Shown piece by piece: positions 26,060 through 38,499 of a DNA stretch of 64,000 nucleotides; within the stretch, counting starts at the first letter, position 1; the number at the start of each line of letters is the position of its first letter. The notes below the pieces were generated by a model. The model was not told where the DNA came from. It saw only the letters and a list, made by a program, of their open reading frames with translations, and made no database searches. The stretch covers positions 7,436,130-7,500,129 of the forward strand of contig NC_057753.1 in the NCBI RefSeq assembly GCF_004010195.1. The letters are read 5' to 3'. A program made the position numbers and the translations under genes. This stretch comes from Chiloscyllium plagiosum. Lineage: Eukaryota.

Positions 26060-27300
26060 AACGGTGTTTCTGGCAAGTTGCCCCAGGCAGATAAAGGAAT
26101 GATACGACATAGATACAACGAAGTTTCTACTAAACCGGCCCACTGTAAAACTTCCAGGGCAGAATCTGGATTGGTTGAAGACGAATTAAAACTTTCCCTA
26201 AACTGCTCATAACTAATATTCCTGAGCAGCTACAGTTGGAGTTAGATCAGAGCAAATCTCGTTTACTCAGTGCCACGAAATTCTTCAAGGACAGGTACAG
26301 TGTGTGGTTAATAGTGAGTACACTTTCCTGTACTCTTTTTAGACAAACACAAAACTTCTTCTTCTCAACGAGAAGTAAAGATCACTGTAGTTATGCGATC
26401 AATCGCTGCAGGCACGTGCCCACGGTTTTACATAGAACGTAAAGACCCCTTTGTTCCTGCAAAACAAAGCTCTCTCTCTCTCTTTATACGAATACTGTCA
26501 ATGCAATGTTGGAATGGGCTTGATTCTGAGTAAACATTTCAGAACACTATCCCCAACAAACAGTTCCATGACAGGAACAGCATAGGGTTAGATACAGAAT
26601 AAACTACTTTATAATATTATCATATGAAAGTAAAGTTCCTTATATTAGCTTTAACCCAAATTAGAGGCTCCACTACCTTGCCTCTAAGTTGCCAGGACAG
26701 GAACGGCATAAAATATAGACCAAACCTCTCTCCAATCCTTCAAAGTAAAACTAAAGCGTTTCAACAATGGTTAAATGATTTGAGGACAGGGTTTGGTGCT
26801 GAATAAATCTTTTGAATTGAAAACAACACTCAGTCCACGCTGTTTCTATCCAAACTAGAAGGACATTTACAACATCAACGTCAATGTCTTGAAAATTGTG
26901 ACGCAGGAAAAGCACAGCAGTTCAAGTAGCATCCAAGGAGCAGGAGAGTTGTTATCAACTTTCCTCACTTTCTCACAGAGTCAATCTCCCTCTACACTGT
27001 ATCCAGCAAGCACCCACAGTGCAGATGCAGCGTTAGATTGGGTGTGGAGTAAATCTCTCTCTACACTGTCCTCAGCAAACACTCTTAGGACAGGACAGCA
27101 TGAGATCAGATGAAGATTAAATATCTTATATGCGGTTCCATCCAGCAGTCGCAATACTGAGACAGCTTCGGTTTGATGCCAAGTACAGCACCCCATTTGA
27201 ACTGACAGTAAAGCTCATTCGATATTGTACTCATGAAACTGTTCGACGACAGAGATAACAAGTGCTCAGAGACAGATTAAAGCTCTCTGCGCACTGCGTG
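26060..27300. repeat. Highly degenerate tandem array with a unit of about 67-69 bp
   Basis: Recurrent acagagtaaa(g/t)ctccctctacactgt...caaacact...ggacaggtacagc...gggttagat; ctacactgt at 26992 and 27061 (69-bp period). Confidence 0.6.
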
Positions 27301-27614
27301 TGTATCTTGGGGTGTTGGAGTAGGTCTAACAGTCTCTGTGCGGTTTTAATTGATGGAATGATACTCTCTGCTGGGCTCCCACCGCCACTGCATAGGTAGA
27401 GTTGACAGTGTTACGACAAGTAAAATACCCATTAGATTTTCAGATCAATGGAATAGTGTAGCTCCCTATGCTATACAGATGTCTTGAATAATGTTATAGA
27501 TTAATGCTCTAGCTTGTCCCCATGCTGGACAGTGCGGTCTGTGCAATGTTTCACTTCAGTTAAATTGTTGGGTTGGAATGAACAAAACCCTAGCCTCCTC
27601 TTTGCAGTACCTCC

Positions 27615-27960
27615 TGCTTGACTCATGTCTCAGTGTTCCTCTATGGGAGGTTTAACAGGCTGAATGATCTCCTGCTATTCATCCGTAACATACATCAGGG
27701 GCTAACTGGCCTCCTTTTGTTCCTCCGTAGCAGACTCGAGAGATGGAATGGCCTACTCCTTTTGCTCTGTAACATTCTGGAGAGGTGGAATGACATCTTC
27801 CTGTTCCTGTTTAACAGACTCAAGTGGTTGAATGACCTCCTCCTCTTCCTTTCTTTCCAGTTCGAGAGGCTGAATGACCTCCTCTGGTTCCTCTGTAACA
27901 AGCTCGATAAGCTGAATGGCCTCCGCTTGTTCCAGAATAACATCTCATGAGGCTGAGTGA
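27615..27960 (+). repeat. 42-bp minisatellite (about 8 units) derived from a CR1 3' tail
   Basis: Units such as aggctgaatgacctcctctggttcctctgtaacaagctcgat with 42-bp spacing. Confidence 0.85.
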
Positions 27961-28656
27961 TCGATTGTTTTTCTTAAGTATCAAGTTGATACATAAAATA
28001 ACATAGCAAACCGTGGATTATGAGCAGCGCCTAAACTACATTCAATGGAGCACCATGCCCTCTCAGGTACAGAAACAAGAAAAAGCATATGCTCCTCGAG
28101 ATGTGCTCTTATTTGCATACTGTGCAGGTGCAGTAACATTTCGCGTTGTTTAACAGTGATGCTCTTGGTAAAAATGTGCCAAAAGTCCAGCTCTCCCCCT
28201 GTTCAGTAGGTAAGACGCTTGCGTGGTCTAAATGACCCCCTCTTATCCTCAGTAATAAGCACATGGGATTGAAATGACTTCCCCACGTTGTTGTGTTATG
28301 GTCGCAATGCTGATTGATGTCTCCAAGCTCTCAAAGCATTACATGTCATAACACTTAATCGTATCAGCAGTATTATACAAAATCAATGAGCAGTGAATAT
28401 TGCAGCACTGAATTATGTCCTCGGGAAATTTGCCCACCAGCAACTTTGCAAAGCTGGTTTATAGCTCGAGGCTCTATCAAAGTCTCCTTTACAAAAGCTT
28501 GGACCATGCAGTACGCTACCTTAAGTCCCACATAAAGGGAGGAAAAATTAAAATGATGCAAAGATTATGGTCCATCTCTTATGCATTTCCACCACTTCCT
28601 CACGTAGCAACCTTTATTCATAAATTTCAGTCCGAGTGAATTTTCATTTTAATTGT

Positions 28657-28665
28657 TATATAAAA
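28657..28665 (+). promoter_or_regulatory. Possible TATA box upstream of GPCR paralog 1 exon 1
   Basis: TATATAAAA about 220 bp upstream of the ATG, in non-repetitive sequence. Confidence 0.3.
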
Positions 28666-28886
28666 AGTGCTTTGTGGAAAGAGTTAAATGAGCCTACTTG
28701 TTCAGTGACTGTGATTAATGTTAGTCTCCATGGAACCTATTTGGCCCAACGGTGTGTTTACATTTTCTGTAATAAATTGAATCCTTCCAATACCTTATCC
28801 CATAGTATCGCTGGGATCATCAACTCCGACACTACGGGAGAGGGAGAGATCTGAATCTGAGAAGAATCGATTGCAATGATAAAACA

Positions 28887-29067
28887 ATGGATTTGAATCT
28901 GAGAACGGTCGCTAGGAATGTTACAATAACAGGAAAAGGTTTATCCTGGGATGTTTGGGTTCTTTCTACATATTATGACCAGTTGTCACTATTGACACGG
29001 ATCCAATTTGCAGTTTATGTAATTCAATATTTTTATTGTCCCATCCTAGCTATTGTTGGTGTTCCTG
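28887..29067 (+). CDS. GPR139/GPR142-like class A GPCR, paralog 1, coding exon 1 (N-terminus and first half of TM1)
   Basis: ATG at 28887 in aaacaATGg context. Encodes MDLNLRTVARNVT...YFYCPILAIVGVP with an NVT sequon. Ends at a consensus donor CTG|GTAAGT (GT at 29068), phase 1 (181 nt), complementary to the acceptor at 40659. Confidence 0.85.
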
Positions 29068-29409
29068 GTAAGTCACACTATTCAGTTATTATCTCGTTTA
29101 AATATGTCTAACTGTATTACTGCTCTTATTATTTTTTTTCTCCTCCACTTGGTGCTGTTATTGTTCCAGATGAGATTATGAATCGATTTTTTGACTCTAC
29201 AAACGACATCGAACTGTATTAATGAACCTTTTCATTCACGTTTGTCGTAATCCTAAGCATTCCAATACCATGCTCAATACCTGATCTCCTGGGTTTGGAA
29301 TGTCATTTTGGATGTTTTGGCACTCACTGTCCAAGTCTCTGATTGTCTGTCTGCAAATTTTCCTCTGAGGTCGTGAATTGCTTTGACTGTTCTTTCACAA
29401 CTTATTTAA

Positions 29410-29626
29410 GGAGAAAGTGAGGTCTGCAGATGCTGGAGATCAGAGATGGAAATGTGTTGCTGGAAAAGCGCAGCAGGTCAGGCAGCATCTAGGGAACAGG
29501 AGAATCGACGTTTCGGGCATTAGCCCTTCTTCAGGAATGAGGAAGGGCTAATGCCCGAAACGTCGATTCTCCTGTTCCCTAGATGCTGCCTGACCTGCTG
29601 CGCTTTTCCAGCAACACATTTCCATC
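29410..29626. mobile_element. Penelope-terminus fold-back insertion: perfect 87-bp inverted repeat with 15-bp TSD
   Basis: Arms 29443-29529 and 29542-29628 are exact reverse complements; TSD tcacaacttatttaa at 29395-29409 and 29627-29641. Confidence 0.9.
29502..29539 (-). ncRNA. Minimal type I hammerhead ribozyme motif (Penelope-associated)
   Basis: Minus strand CUGAAGA-A-GGGC-UAAU-GCCC-GAAA-CG-UC: intact core, 4-bp stem II, palindromic ACGU stem III, weak stem I. Confidence 0.65.
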
Positions 29627-29659
29627 TCACAACTTATTTAAACCGATCTATGCCGATTG

Positions 29660-31270
29660 AACATCGCCAGCCCTCCCACTAACACATCCTCTGACAACTG
29701 CAGGTCGCAAAAGGCGTCAACCCTATTCTCCTTGATGTGTTTGATCTCAGTTTCATTAGAATAGTGCGTTGTACTCTTACCCATTCATGCTCTGTGTCTA
29801 TCAGGATTTTTGTCAGAGTAGGTTTCCATGTCCAGTTCATTCGTTCTCGTACACATGAACTTTGGAAGTAGAATGGGAGATGGAATTTCTGTTTAATAAA
29901 TAAAGTCACATATCCACTCAGTTAATTTCCATGTAAAATATATGCCTTGTTAAGAACTGATCTGGATGTGTCGCCCCGATCCCAGTGTCTTCCTCCAGTG
30001 TTTTTGCAACTGTGCCTGCTGAGCAGTCCCTGCAGGGGAAAGCTTCCACTTACCGAGTAAACCTGTCTATTACCACATAAAAGTCATCTGTAATTGTTCC
30101 CATGGACCCCTGGGTCTCAGCTGATGGCTCAATTTTATGTTGATTGCATTCATTGGCTCAAAATGTTCGCAGACTCCACATGCTTGACACACGTTGCCAG
30201 ATTTCTCCATATTCCAGGATACCCCCAGCAACGAGTCATCTGATATAATATTTTATCCCACCCAATATCGCCCACTCCGTGGTACGTTGTTTTCTACTGT
30301 TTGTCTTATACAGATTGATGCCACTGTCTGATCCTGCATCTTCCAGACTCTGTATTGCCCTTTCAGTCTCTGTTCTTCTCCAAATACTTTCTCTTCCTTT
30401 GGGGCTTGTTCTTGTAGTACCTTAAAACTTTCCTCTCTTGCCTGTGTAACCACAACTGCTGCCAATTCCTGAAATGTCTGCACTTTTAAACTAAACATCT
30501 TAGCTGCGTTACCTGCATACTCACTGCCCGTTAATGCGGGGTTTCCACTTTCTTGTGAGCTCTAATCTTAGTTACTCCTGTTTTGCTTTTCCCTGAACTT
30601 CTTTCAACGACTTCTGTTCTCCTACCTGAGTTGAGCATCTCCCAGATGTCGCATGCCCAAACATTTCAGGACCCTCAGAATATTTCTTTGATTCAAATAA
30701 CTCCACCACACTGTCTCCATCTAATGGTTCATAGGAATATTGCAACTCTCTGCATCCTTAACTTCTCTCTCACACTCTTGTTCACCTCCTTCCTTCAACA
30801 TCAGTGTGCTAGATCCACTAAACTATCCTTGGCTACTTGTACATGATTTTCTCCAGGTAGTAACATTGTCTCCCATTTAGCTCTAGAGCTATCTGATACT
30901 GCCCTTAAGTTTATTGTCTCAAACAGAGTCATCAAACTATGTGGTGCGTGTAGGACATCTTGCCCCATTTGACTAATAGTTTCGGAGACTTCAACTGCCC
31001 AAAGCGGCAAATTCCAAGGCCTGAGCACATTGGTGAAGTCCAAACACTACCTTCCTCTCTTGACAGAAGCATACTCGCCCAGTCTCCTACTATCACCTTG
31101 CCTTTGACAAACTGCGGCTTTAGAATATACTTCCTCATTGTCACGGAAAATGTGATAAAGCTTTGACCCATCTGGCAGTCCTAAAGCAAGGTGGACACCA
31201 CTGTTTGTGTTAAAGTGTGAAAGGTTTCCACACTTGTCGGAATTTTATTTATCGTCTGGAGATTTTTAAT
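29660..31270 (-). mobile_element. Endogenous retrovirus (class I / epsilon-like) pol relic: RT end, connection, RNase H, integrase
   Basis: WAVEVSETISQMGQDVLHAPHSL...RAKWETMLL (connection); KIRAH...GSEYAGNAAK (RNase H); CQACGVC...PRGPWEQLQM, VIDRFTR*VEAFPCR, IKQKFHLPFYFQSS..ERMN (integrase). Confidence 0.8.
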
Positions 31271-31299
31271 TTCTTGCCAATCCTCTTGTTTCTCCGCAC

Positions 31300-32000
31300 A
31301 TCTTCACCACATTATATCTTTTCCTTGTCAGTTTATACTGTCCCTTCCATCTGTTATTTTTAGCCAAGGCTGCCTCATCGTCTCATTGATTTGGTGTTTC
31401 TTGCTTAGAATTAATTCCTGTTTTCCTTTGCGAATTAGCCCCCAAACCTTCTGCCATTGCTGCCCTATCATCTTCCCTACAAGCTTCTCCTTCCAATCGA
31501 CACTGACCAGCCCCCTTTCCACAACTCTCTCACGCATTTGCAATTATCCCAACTCAATACTATTCTTCTCAAATTGCAGTTTGAAATCCATCATTCTGTG
31601 TTCACTGCCCCCGAGAGGTTCCTTCACCTTTCGTGTCCTTATGATGACTCTCTTCGCACTTCACGTATTGCAGTATTATATTTTCCCTCGTGAGCTCTAC
31701 CACAAGCTCTTTAAAAAAATCCTAAGAATTTTATGAATTTTGTTCTTAACATCTGCTACGAACCTGCTGTTCATAGGCAACATCCATATTGAACTTCACA
31801 TGATTATTGTAATGGTTCATTTATTACATACTTTTTCTACGTCCTGCATTCTTTTCTTACCCACTTCCTGAAGACTGCACACTATTAGGCTCTGATTTAC
31901 TTGGCGATTTCTCAATTCTACCCACACAAATTTGACGCCCTCCAGCTCATTCGCATATCCTGATGTTTGCAACAAGCTAAATCTATTCGTGTTTCTTTGA
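31300..32000 (-). mobile_element. CR1 LINE endonuclease-region fragment
   Basis: FVWVELRN; VKEPLGGSEHRMMDFKLQFE; VDWKEKLVGK...QQWQ. Confidence 0.7.
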
Positions 32001-32169
32001 TGCATGCTGGTGGGGGCTGACAGGCATTCTCCTGATCCCGGCTAACAGTTCCTAAGGGAAGATTTACCCCCATCTTTCCTTGCGTGTTCTGCTAACGTCA
32101 TTGAACGATGTTCTCCTGCTGATTTAAATCCGTTTGAGAAACTAAAAGATAAAAGATTGATAGTATGAC

Positions 32170-32352
32170 TGACTGCACCTATTCCGATGTAACAAGCATC
32201 GGTGCAGAATGAACGCCTGTTGTTCATAAGTAAGGTTTTGAATGCCCTCCTCCTGTTCCTGTACAAGAGACTCTCGAGGGTGGATGACCTCGTTGTGTTC
32301 CTGTGTGACAGGTTTGAGAGGCTGCTTTGCCTCATCCTATTCCTGTAACAGT
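32170..32352 (+). repeat. 42-bp CR1-tail-derived minisatellite, second array
   Basis: gaatgccctcctcctgttcctgtacaagagactctcgagggtggatgacctcgttgtgttcctgtgtgacagg. Confidence 0.7.
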
Positions 32353-32479
32353 CAAGAACCGTTCAAATGCACAATTTAGGAGCAGCAATGGATTCCGGTC
32401 CCCTCACGTCTGACCTACCATTCGGAAAGATCATGGCTGATCTGACTGTAGTTGAATCGCAATCTCCTGCCTGGTGCTT

Positions 32480-33990
32480 CAGAACAGTGTTGATAAAGCA
32501 GGGACAGGGGACAAAGCGGGATGATGAAAACAAGGGAGGCAGCTAACATTACAAGATAATGTGTTTCAGCGAGGATCGTATTTATGAGGACGTTAGAGTA
32601 GTGTCCACTTGCTTTCCATCACTTTATTGAAGGCCTAAGGATAACAGTTGGATACAACCTAACTTGAGGTGTGATTTTCCTTTTTTTATGCTGAGGACGA
32701 AACTAGGTAATATCCCAATATACAGGCTAGATGCAATTGTTGAACATGCACTGGCACAGCTTAGATCGTGGCGTGGCCACTTCTGGAACACGCACCTCCA
32801 GTATTTTAGTTGGAATGTTGTCAAGACCTACAGACATTGCAACATTCAGTTGCTTCAGCTTTTCCCTGACATTTTGTAACGTGAATCAAATTAATTGAAG
32901 ACTGCCATCCTTGGTGAAGAGGTCCTCAGGAGAGGCTACTGTGGTTGATCAATTCAGTACTTCTTGTTGCTAACGGATGCAAATATTTTCACCTTGTCTG
33001 TGGAATAATATGGTGTATTCGCTCACCATTGAATCTGGAAATAGTTATGGAGCCGTGTCCTCCTGCTATTGGTCTAATTGTATACAACCATTCACAGCTG
33101 CATTCGACAGGATTTTAGATTTCAGACCCGGTCTCTTCTTTGAGTGATAACTGTGTTAACTGCAAGCTGCTTGCACTATTTGGCTTTGAAGGACTCGCAT
33201 TCTTAGCAACACCAATTGATACTTAATGGTTAGACATAACTGATTCTACGACTGTTGCACCTATTTCCCTTTACATTCAGACAGCACTAGGTCCCTGTCT
33301 TGTTGATAAATTTAGAGTTGGAATACGCCTTGTCATGAGTTTGCAAATTCTGATTGACGAGAGTTCTGCTGCTGCTAATTGATGATTGTGCGTCATTTAT
33401 ATCGTGTTTGAAGTTCCTAGATCTGTTAGAAGGCTATTCGAAGTTGCGGTAATTAGGACAACGAAACACGATGATGGACGTGTTCAATATGAGGGTGAGA
33501 TTGCAACTCCACCTGGAGTGTGTGATGGGCACTCCTACATATTGTGTTATGAAAAGATACACCTGAGACAAACAGATTGACGAGGATTTTTCCTTTCGTA
33601 GGTTCAGTCATAACTTTTCAGTCTACCTGCTTTGTGTTCTCGTTCTTGGTCTGTTCATTTTCAGTGGCATTTTCAAGACACTGTTGGTGATAGACTTTGA
33701 AGTACCTCATCCAGATTGCATTCTGTGTCCTTTTCAATCTTAGGGAGTAGTTAGATATGACTGATTGGTCGTGAGGAGGACAGTAGATGTCTCTCAGCCT
33801 GATTTTTCCATGACCAAATTTGACCAGTGGCCATGAGATTTCTTGAGCTCTGGAGTCAACTTTGAAAGTTGGGGAAATCGTTTTCCCTAATGTGCACCAT
33901 TGTGCTGAAACCTCGGATTGGCCTGTCCTGCTGGAGGGTCAGGATATATCCAGAGATGTTGATGGTGGTTACTGAAGCATTGTCTTCTGG
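32480..33990 (-). mobile_element. Old LINE (CR1/L2 clade) fragment
   Basis: LKYWRCVFQKWPRHDLS; related to 2820-3000, 17800-18480 and 59380-60100. Confidence 0.6.
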
Positions 33991-34009
33991 TATGTGTTTG
34001 TGAGTGTGA

Positions 34010-35300
34010 CGGTATAAGAACACAGAAACGTAGGAACCAGCAGCAGGAGGAGACCATCTGGCCCTTCCAGCCCATTGTACAATTCAATTAGATCATTGCT
34101 GATCATGCCCTCAGCTTCACTTACTATCGCCTTCACCATGACCCCGAATTCCTTGACTGTTCAAAAAATATATATCTTAGCCATAAAAATATGCATTGAG
34201 GAATCCTCAACTAATTCTTTGGGCACGGAATTCCACAGATGCACAATTCTTTGGCTGAAGAAGCTTCTACTTGATTGAGTTCAAAATCTGCTCCCCATAA
34301 TTTTGAGGCTATGCACTTTGGTTCTAGTTTCACCTGCCAGAGGAAAAAAAAACCTTCTTTCTTCTATCTTATCTATTCCCTTAATAATTTTACGTGTTTC
34401 CATATGATGCCCCCGACTCATAATCCTAAATTCCAATGACTATACAGCCTGTCTACACAATGTTTCCTAATAAGCCATTGTCCCCACTCCGGAGGTAACC
34501 CAATGATCTCCACTGCACCCAAACCAGTGCCAGTACATCTTTTCTCAAGTGTGGAGACAACAGCTGCACGCAGTCCTACAGGTGTGGCTTCGGCAGCACC
34601 CTACATAGACTTAACATAACCTCACTATTTTCTTACTCACTCCTTCCAGCAATGAACGACAAAATTTTATTTATTTTGTTAATTACCTGTTGCATATGCA
34701 AACCAATCTTCTGTGATTCATGCACAAGCACACCGAGGGTCCTCTGTACAGCAGCTTGCTGCGATTTTATGCTTCAATAATAATCATTTTACTGCTATTC
34801 CTAACAAAATGAATGACTTCACATTTATGAACCTTGTAATCCATCTGACAGACCTCTGCACACTCATTTGAACAATTGACATCCCTCTGCAAATTTTCCT
34901 CTGCACACTTTGCTTTAACACCTATGTTAGAGACATTCGCAAACATTGACACATTACACATGCTGCCTATCTCCAAATCATCCTTATACATTCCAAACAA
35001 TTGAGTTCTCAACACTGATCCATGAGGCACACCAGTAATCACTGATCGCCAGGCAGAAAAAAGCACACATTTGTATATACAATTTATGCTATCTCTACAT
35101 GCTAATGCTTTGCCTCAACGACACCTCCTTTACTTTATGCAGTTGACCTCTGCACGGCACCTTCTGGAAATCTAGATACACCACATCTACTTGGTCCCAG
35201 TAGTCGATCGCGCTGGTAATGTCTTCATTGAATTCCAGTAAATTAGTTAAACATGACCTGCCTTTCATGAATCCGTGCTGCATCTGCCTGGAGGGACTTT
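34010..35300 (-). mobile_element. CR1 LINE 3' portion
   Basis: QHGFMKGRSCLTNLLEF, VDVVYLDFQK, GVPHGSVL; 3' tail at 34010-34105. Confidence 0.88.
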
Positions 35301-35454
35301 TGGTCTCTTTCTTGACAAGTCAAAGAAATGTTACAATGTGAATAGGAATAATAGATTACAAAGCTGAGTGAAAGGCTCTCGATTAGAAGTCGTGTTGCAT
35401 TCTTAGAACGATCGATAAATTGAACGTACTGACAGAGATAGGTGATAAAAGAAC

Positions 35455-37400
35455 ACTACATCAGTAGGGCGGCCCTATGACACACTGAGGCTCCATTGAG
35501 TTATGATGACTTTTCTAAACTAACAAAACTCTTGCCTCTAAGCTCTCCATACCTCTCTATTCCCTACCTCTACATTTTTCTCTAAAGATGCCTCTTCAAC
35601 GTTGCTGTCGTATCTGCCTCTACTTTTTCCTTTTGCAGCGCATTCTAGGCATTTGCCAACGAGTGTGCAAAATCACTGCCTTTCAGATCTCTTTTATACT
35701 TATCCCCATTTAACTTAAACCTAGATCCCCTACTAATTGATATTTCTATACTGAAAATAAGTTCTGACGATTCATTCTGTGCAATACTCTCAAAACCCCC
35801 ACCACCACCAGCTTCTGACGTTCAAGTGAGTAAACAAGGTATCCAAGCTCGCTTCATAGCTAATCGGCTCCACACTGGACAGCAATTCTGTGCCGATTAG
35901 AACAGTACACAATATTCCAAATACGGCCGTATTAAAGTTCTATGCAGCTGCAACATGAGTTTCCAATGTTCATACTGTGCCTTGATCCATAAAGGCAAGC
36001 ATGAAATACTCCGACTTGTTCACCATTCCCACTTGGACTTCCACTCCGAAAATCTGTACACCCGTTTGCCTCAAACGCTCTGAGTGTTAATGATACTAAT
36101 GGTACTGCCATTTACTGAACACCTAATTCCTGCATTAAACCTGCATTAAATTGCATTAACTCCCATTTATTCAGATTGTTCTCCATCTGCCAATTGTCCA
36201 ATCAAGTCTCCAGACTGTCTCTACCCTACTGTATCACCTGGCAATGCTAATCACTATCCACAGCTCCCCCAATCTTTGTGCCATCCGCAAGCTTGCTAAT
36301 CAGGGGCCTAACATTCTACTCCAAATTATTCACATACATTTCATTCAACAACAGTAGTCGCAGATGTGCAAACTTGAAAACACCCTTCCACTGTTACTCT
36401 AGTTTCTGTGACTAATCCAATTGTGTATCCATCTTACCAGGTCACTCTGGATCTCGTATGGCTTCATCTTTCACGTCAGTCTGCCATGAGGAATCATGTC
36501 AAACGTCTTGGTAATGTCTATACAGATACCATTCACCTTCTTATTTATCTACTTTAATGCGCTTTGATAACACCAGCACCCTTCCTTCTCTAATGTGGAA
36601 CTTTTCAATATATCATTATTTCCTACCTCCGCCCCCCACCAACACATTGCCTTATCTTCCATTTCTTTCTCCACAATAAATTCTAACACTAAGTATCTTT
36701 TGAACATCTCAACCAGTAGATGTCGTCACATAAATAGACAACCTTGCTGGTCTTTGACGGCCCTATTCTCTCGTCAGATATTCATTTGAAATTAATTTAC
36801 TTGAAGCATATCTATCGATTGGATTTAACCTTATTTGATAAAGCTATCACGTGGTCCTCGTGATTTCCCTCTTAAGTATAGTCTTAAGCCCCATTACTGC
36901 TCCATAGTTAAACGTGATCACAAATGTCTACACCTGACGTGAGCCTCCTTCATCTTTTCGACCACAGCCTGAATATCTCTTGTCATTCTGTGTTCCCTGC
37001 ACGTTCCATCGTCATACTTCACACTAACAGGAACATACTCCTACGATCTTACTTTTGAAAGTCTCTTACATGACAGACATCCCTTCACCTGCGACAATCT
37101 TCCCAAATCAACTTTGAAAGTTTCTGCCTAATGCGATCATAATTGGCCTCACTGTAATATAGAAAGCTAACTTTTAAATCAGGCCTGTCTTTTCCCATAA
37201 CAAATGAAAAACAAATTGAATTACGATTACACGTCCTTCTCCTGCCAAACCTCAATCATTTGCTCTGTCTAATTTCCCAAGAAAATGTCTAGTTTTGCTC
37301 CTTCTCGGGAATATGCATCTACATATTATACAAGAAAAAAAGTCTGCAATACACTTAACAGGCCTTTTCTGTGATGACGCTGTGGCTTTTAAAGTTGTGT
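35455..37400 (-). mobile_element. Decayed CR1 LINE
   Basis: Antisense CR1 ORF2-type sequence (tccatctgccaatt, ctccccccaatctttgtgccatccgcaa = ADGTKIGG) with deletions. Confidence 0.7.
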
Positions 37401-38499
37401 ATTGCACTAGGTTCATTCAGAATAGAGAATGAACGAAAAATGCAGACGGTCTGTGCCAAAGTTATCAGCTTGTGAGTCCTTTGTAATTTTAAATTTCGTA
37501 AACTAAAAGAAACTGGAGGGTTGTGGCCCACTCTCACTGACCAGGATTGCCTTTTCAGATTTGCCTTAATCAGTTACTGTTGTTGGGCTTGAATATGTGG
37601 AAGCGACGTTCATTCTCACGAGTAGCGTCAAAAGCTAAGTTTTGTTTTTGCTTTAGGCTGTTGAATTGCATGCGAGACGGAATCTGTTTTCTGAATTTCT
37701 TTTTGACAGAATGTGCTTCTGGATTGTTACTACATTGGAACAATTCATTAGTAATAATTACAGTGTCTATTATTCAACAGTTATTTCAATATAGTCATGT
37801 TATTCAAAGTTCTTCTTTCCTTTGTCGTTTTTAAATATAGCGTTTAGACAAATTGTGTTTCAATTAACGTCGAGTAGTCTGACTAATCGAACCACATCTA
37901 AACATAGGCCTTTACACTTCCCAGTAAATTGCAAAAACGTTAGGGTCGAGACTGCCTTCTTAGAATATTTGAGTATGTCTGGTCTTGTCTATAATACTTT
38001 GCATCCGAGGGCTCATGATTAACAAAGTTGAAGCCCTATTTCCTGCACCAGCTCCTCAGCCACGCATTCTTCTGCTCTGTTTTTTTTTCCTACGCTCACT
38101 ATTACGTGGCACTGGGAGTAATCCACAAAGTACTACCCTTGGCGTCCTGCATTTTAATCACCTGTCTAATTTCCTATATTCTTCTGTACTGCTTCATCAA
38201 ATTTCGACCTCTGTCGTTGCCTCATTTGCATAATGACCTCTGGCTGTTCATTCTCCCCTTTAAGAACTTGTTGCAGTTCTCAAAGATATCCTTGGATCCC
38301 AGTACCAGGGAGGCAGCAGCACATTAGCCTTGCCTCTCGCTTGCATCTGCAGAAACAACTAACACAACTCTTGAGCGGAGAGTCCCCAATCACAATCGAT
38401 CATTTGGAACCTGGCAGAACCCACTCACCAGCAGAGTCTGTCATGCCAATAAACTGTGTGTGAGTGCAATTTCCCGTGCAGAGACAGGCTGTTCGCCCA

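Noticed and set aside
27618..27950. 110-aa ORF with 14-residue leucine periodicity resembling an LRR or coiled coil
   Set aside because: By-product of a 42-bp minisatellite derived from a non-coding LINE tail; no ATG start, and other arrays are not consistently open.
27615..27960. CRISPR-like array
   Set aside because: Units are contiguous and degenerate with no unique spacers, no cas genes, and the context is vertebrate.
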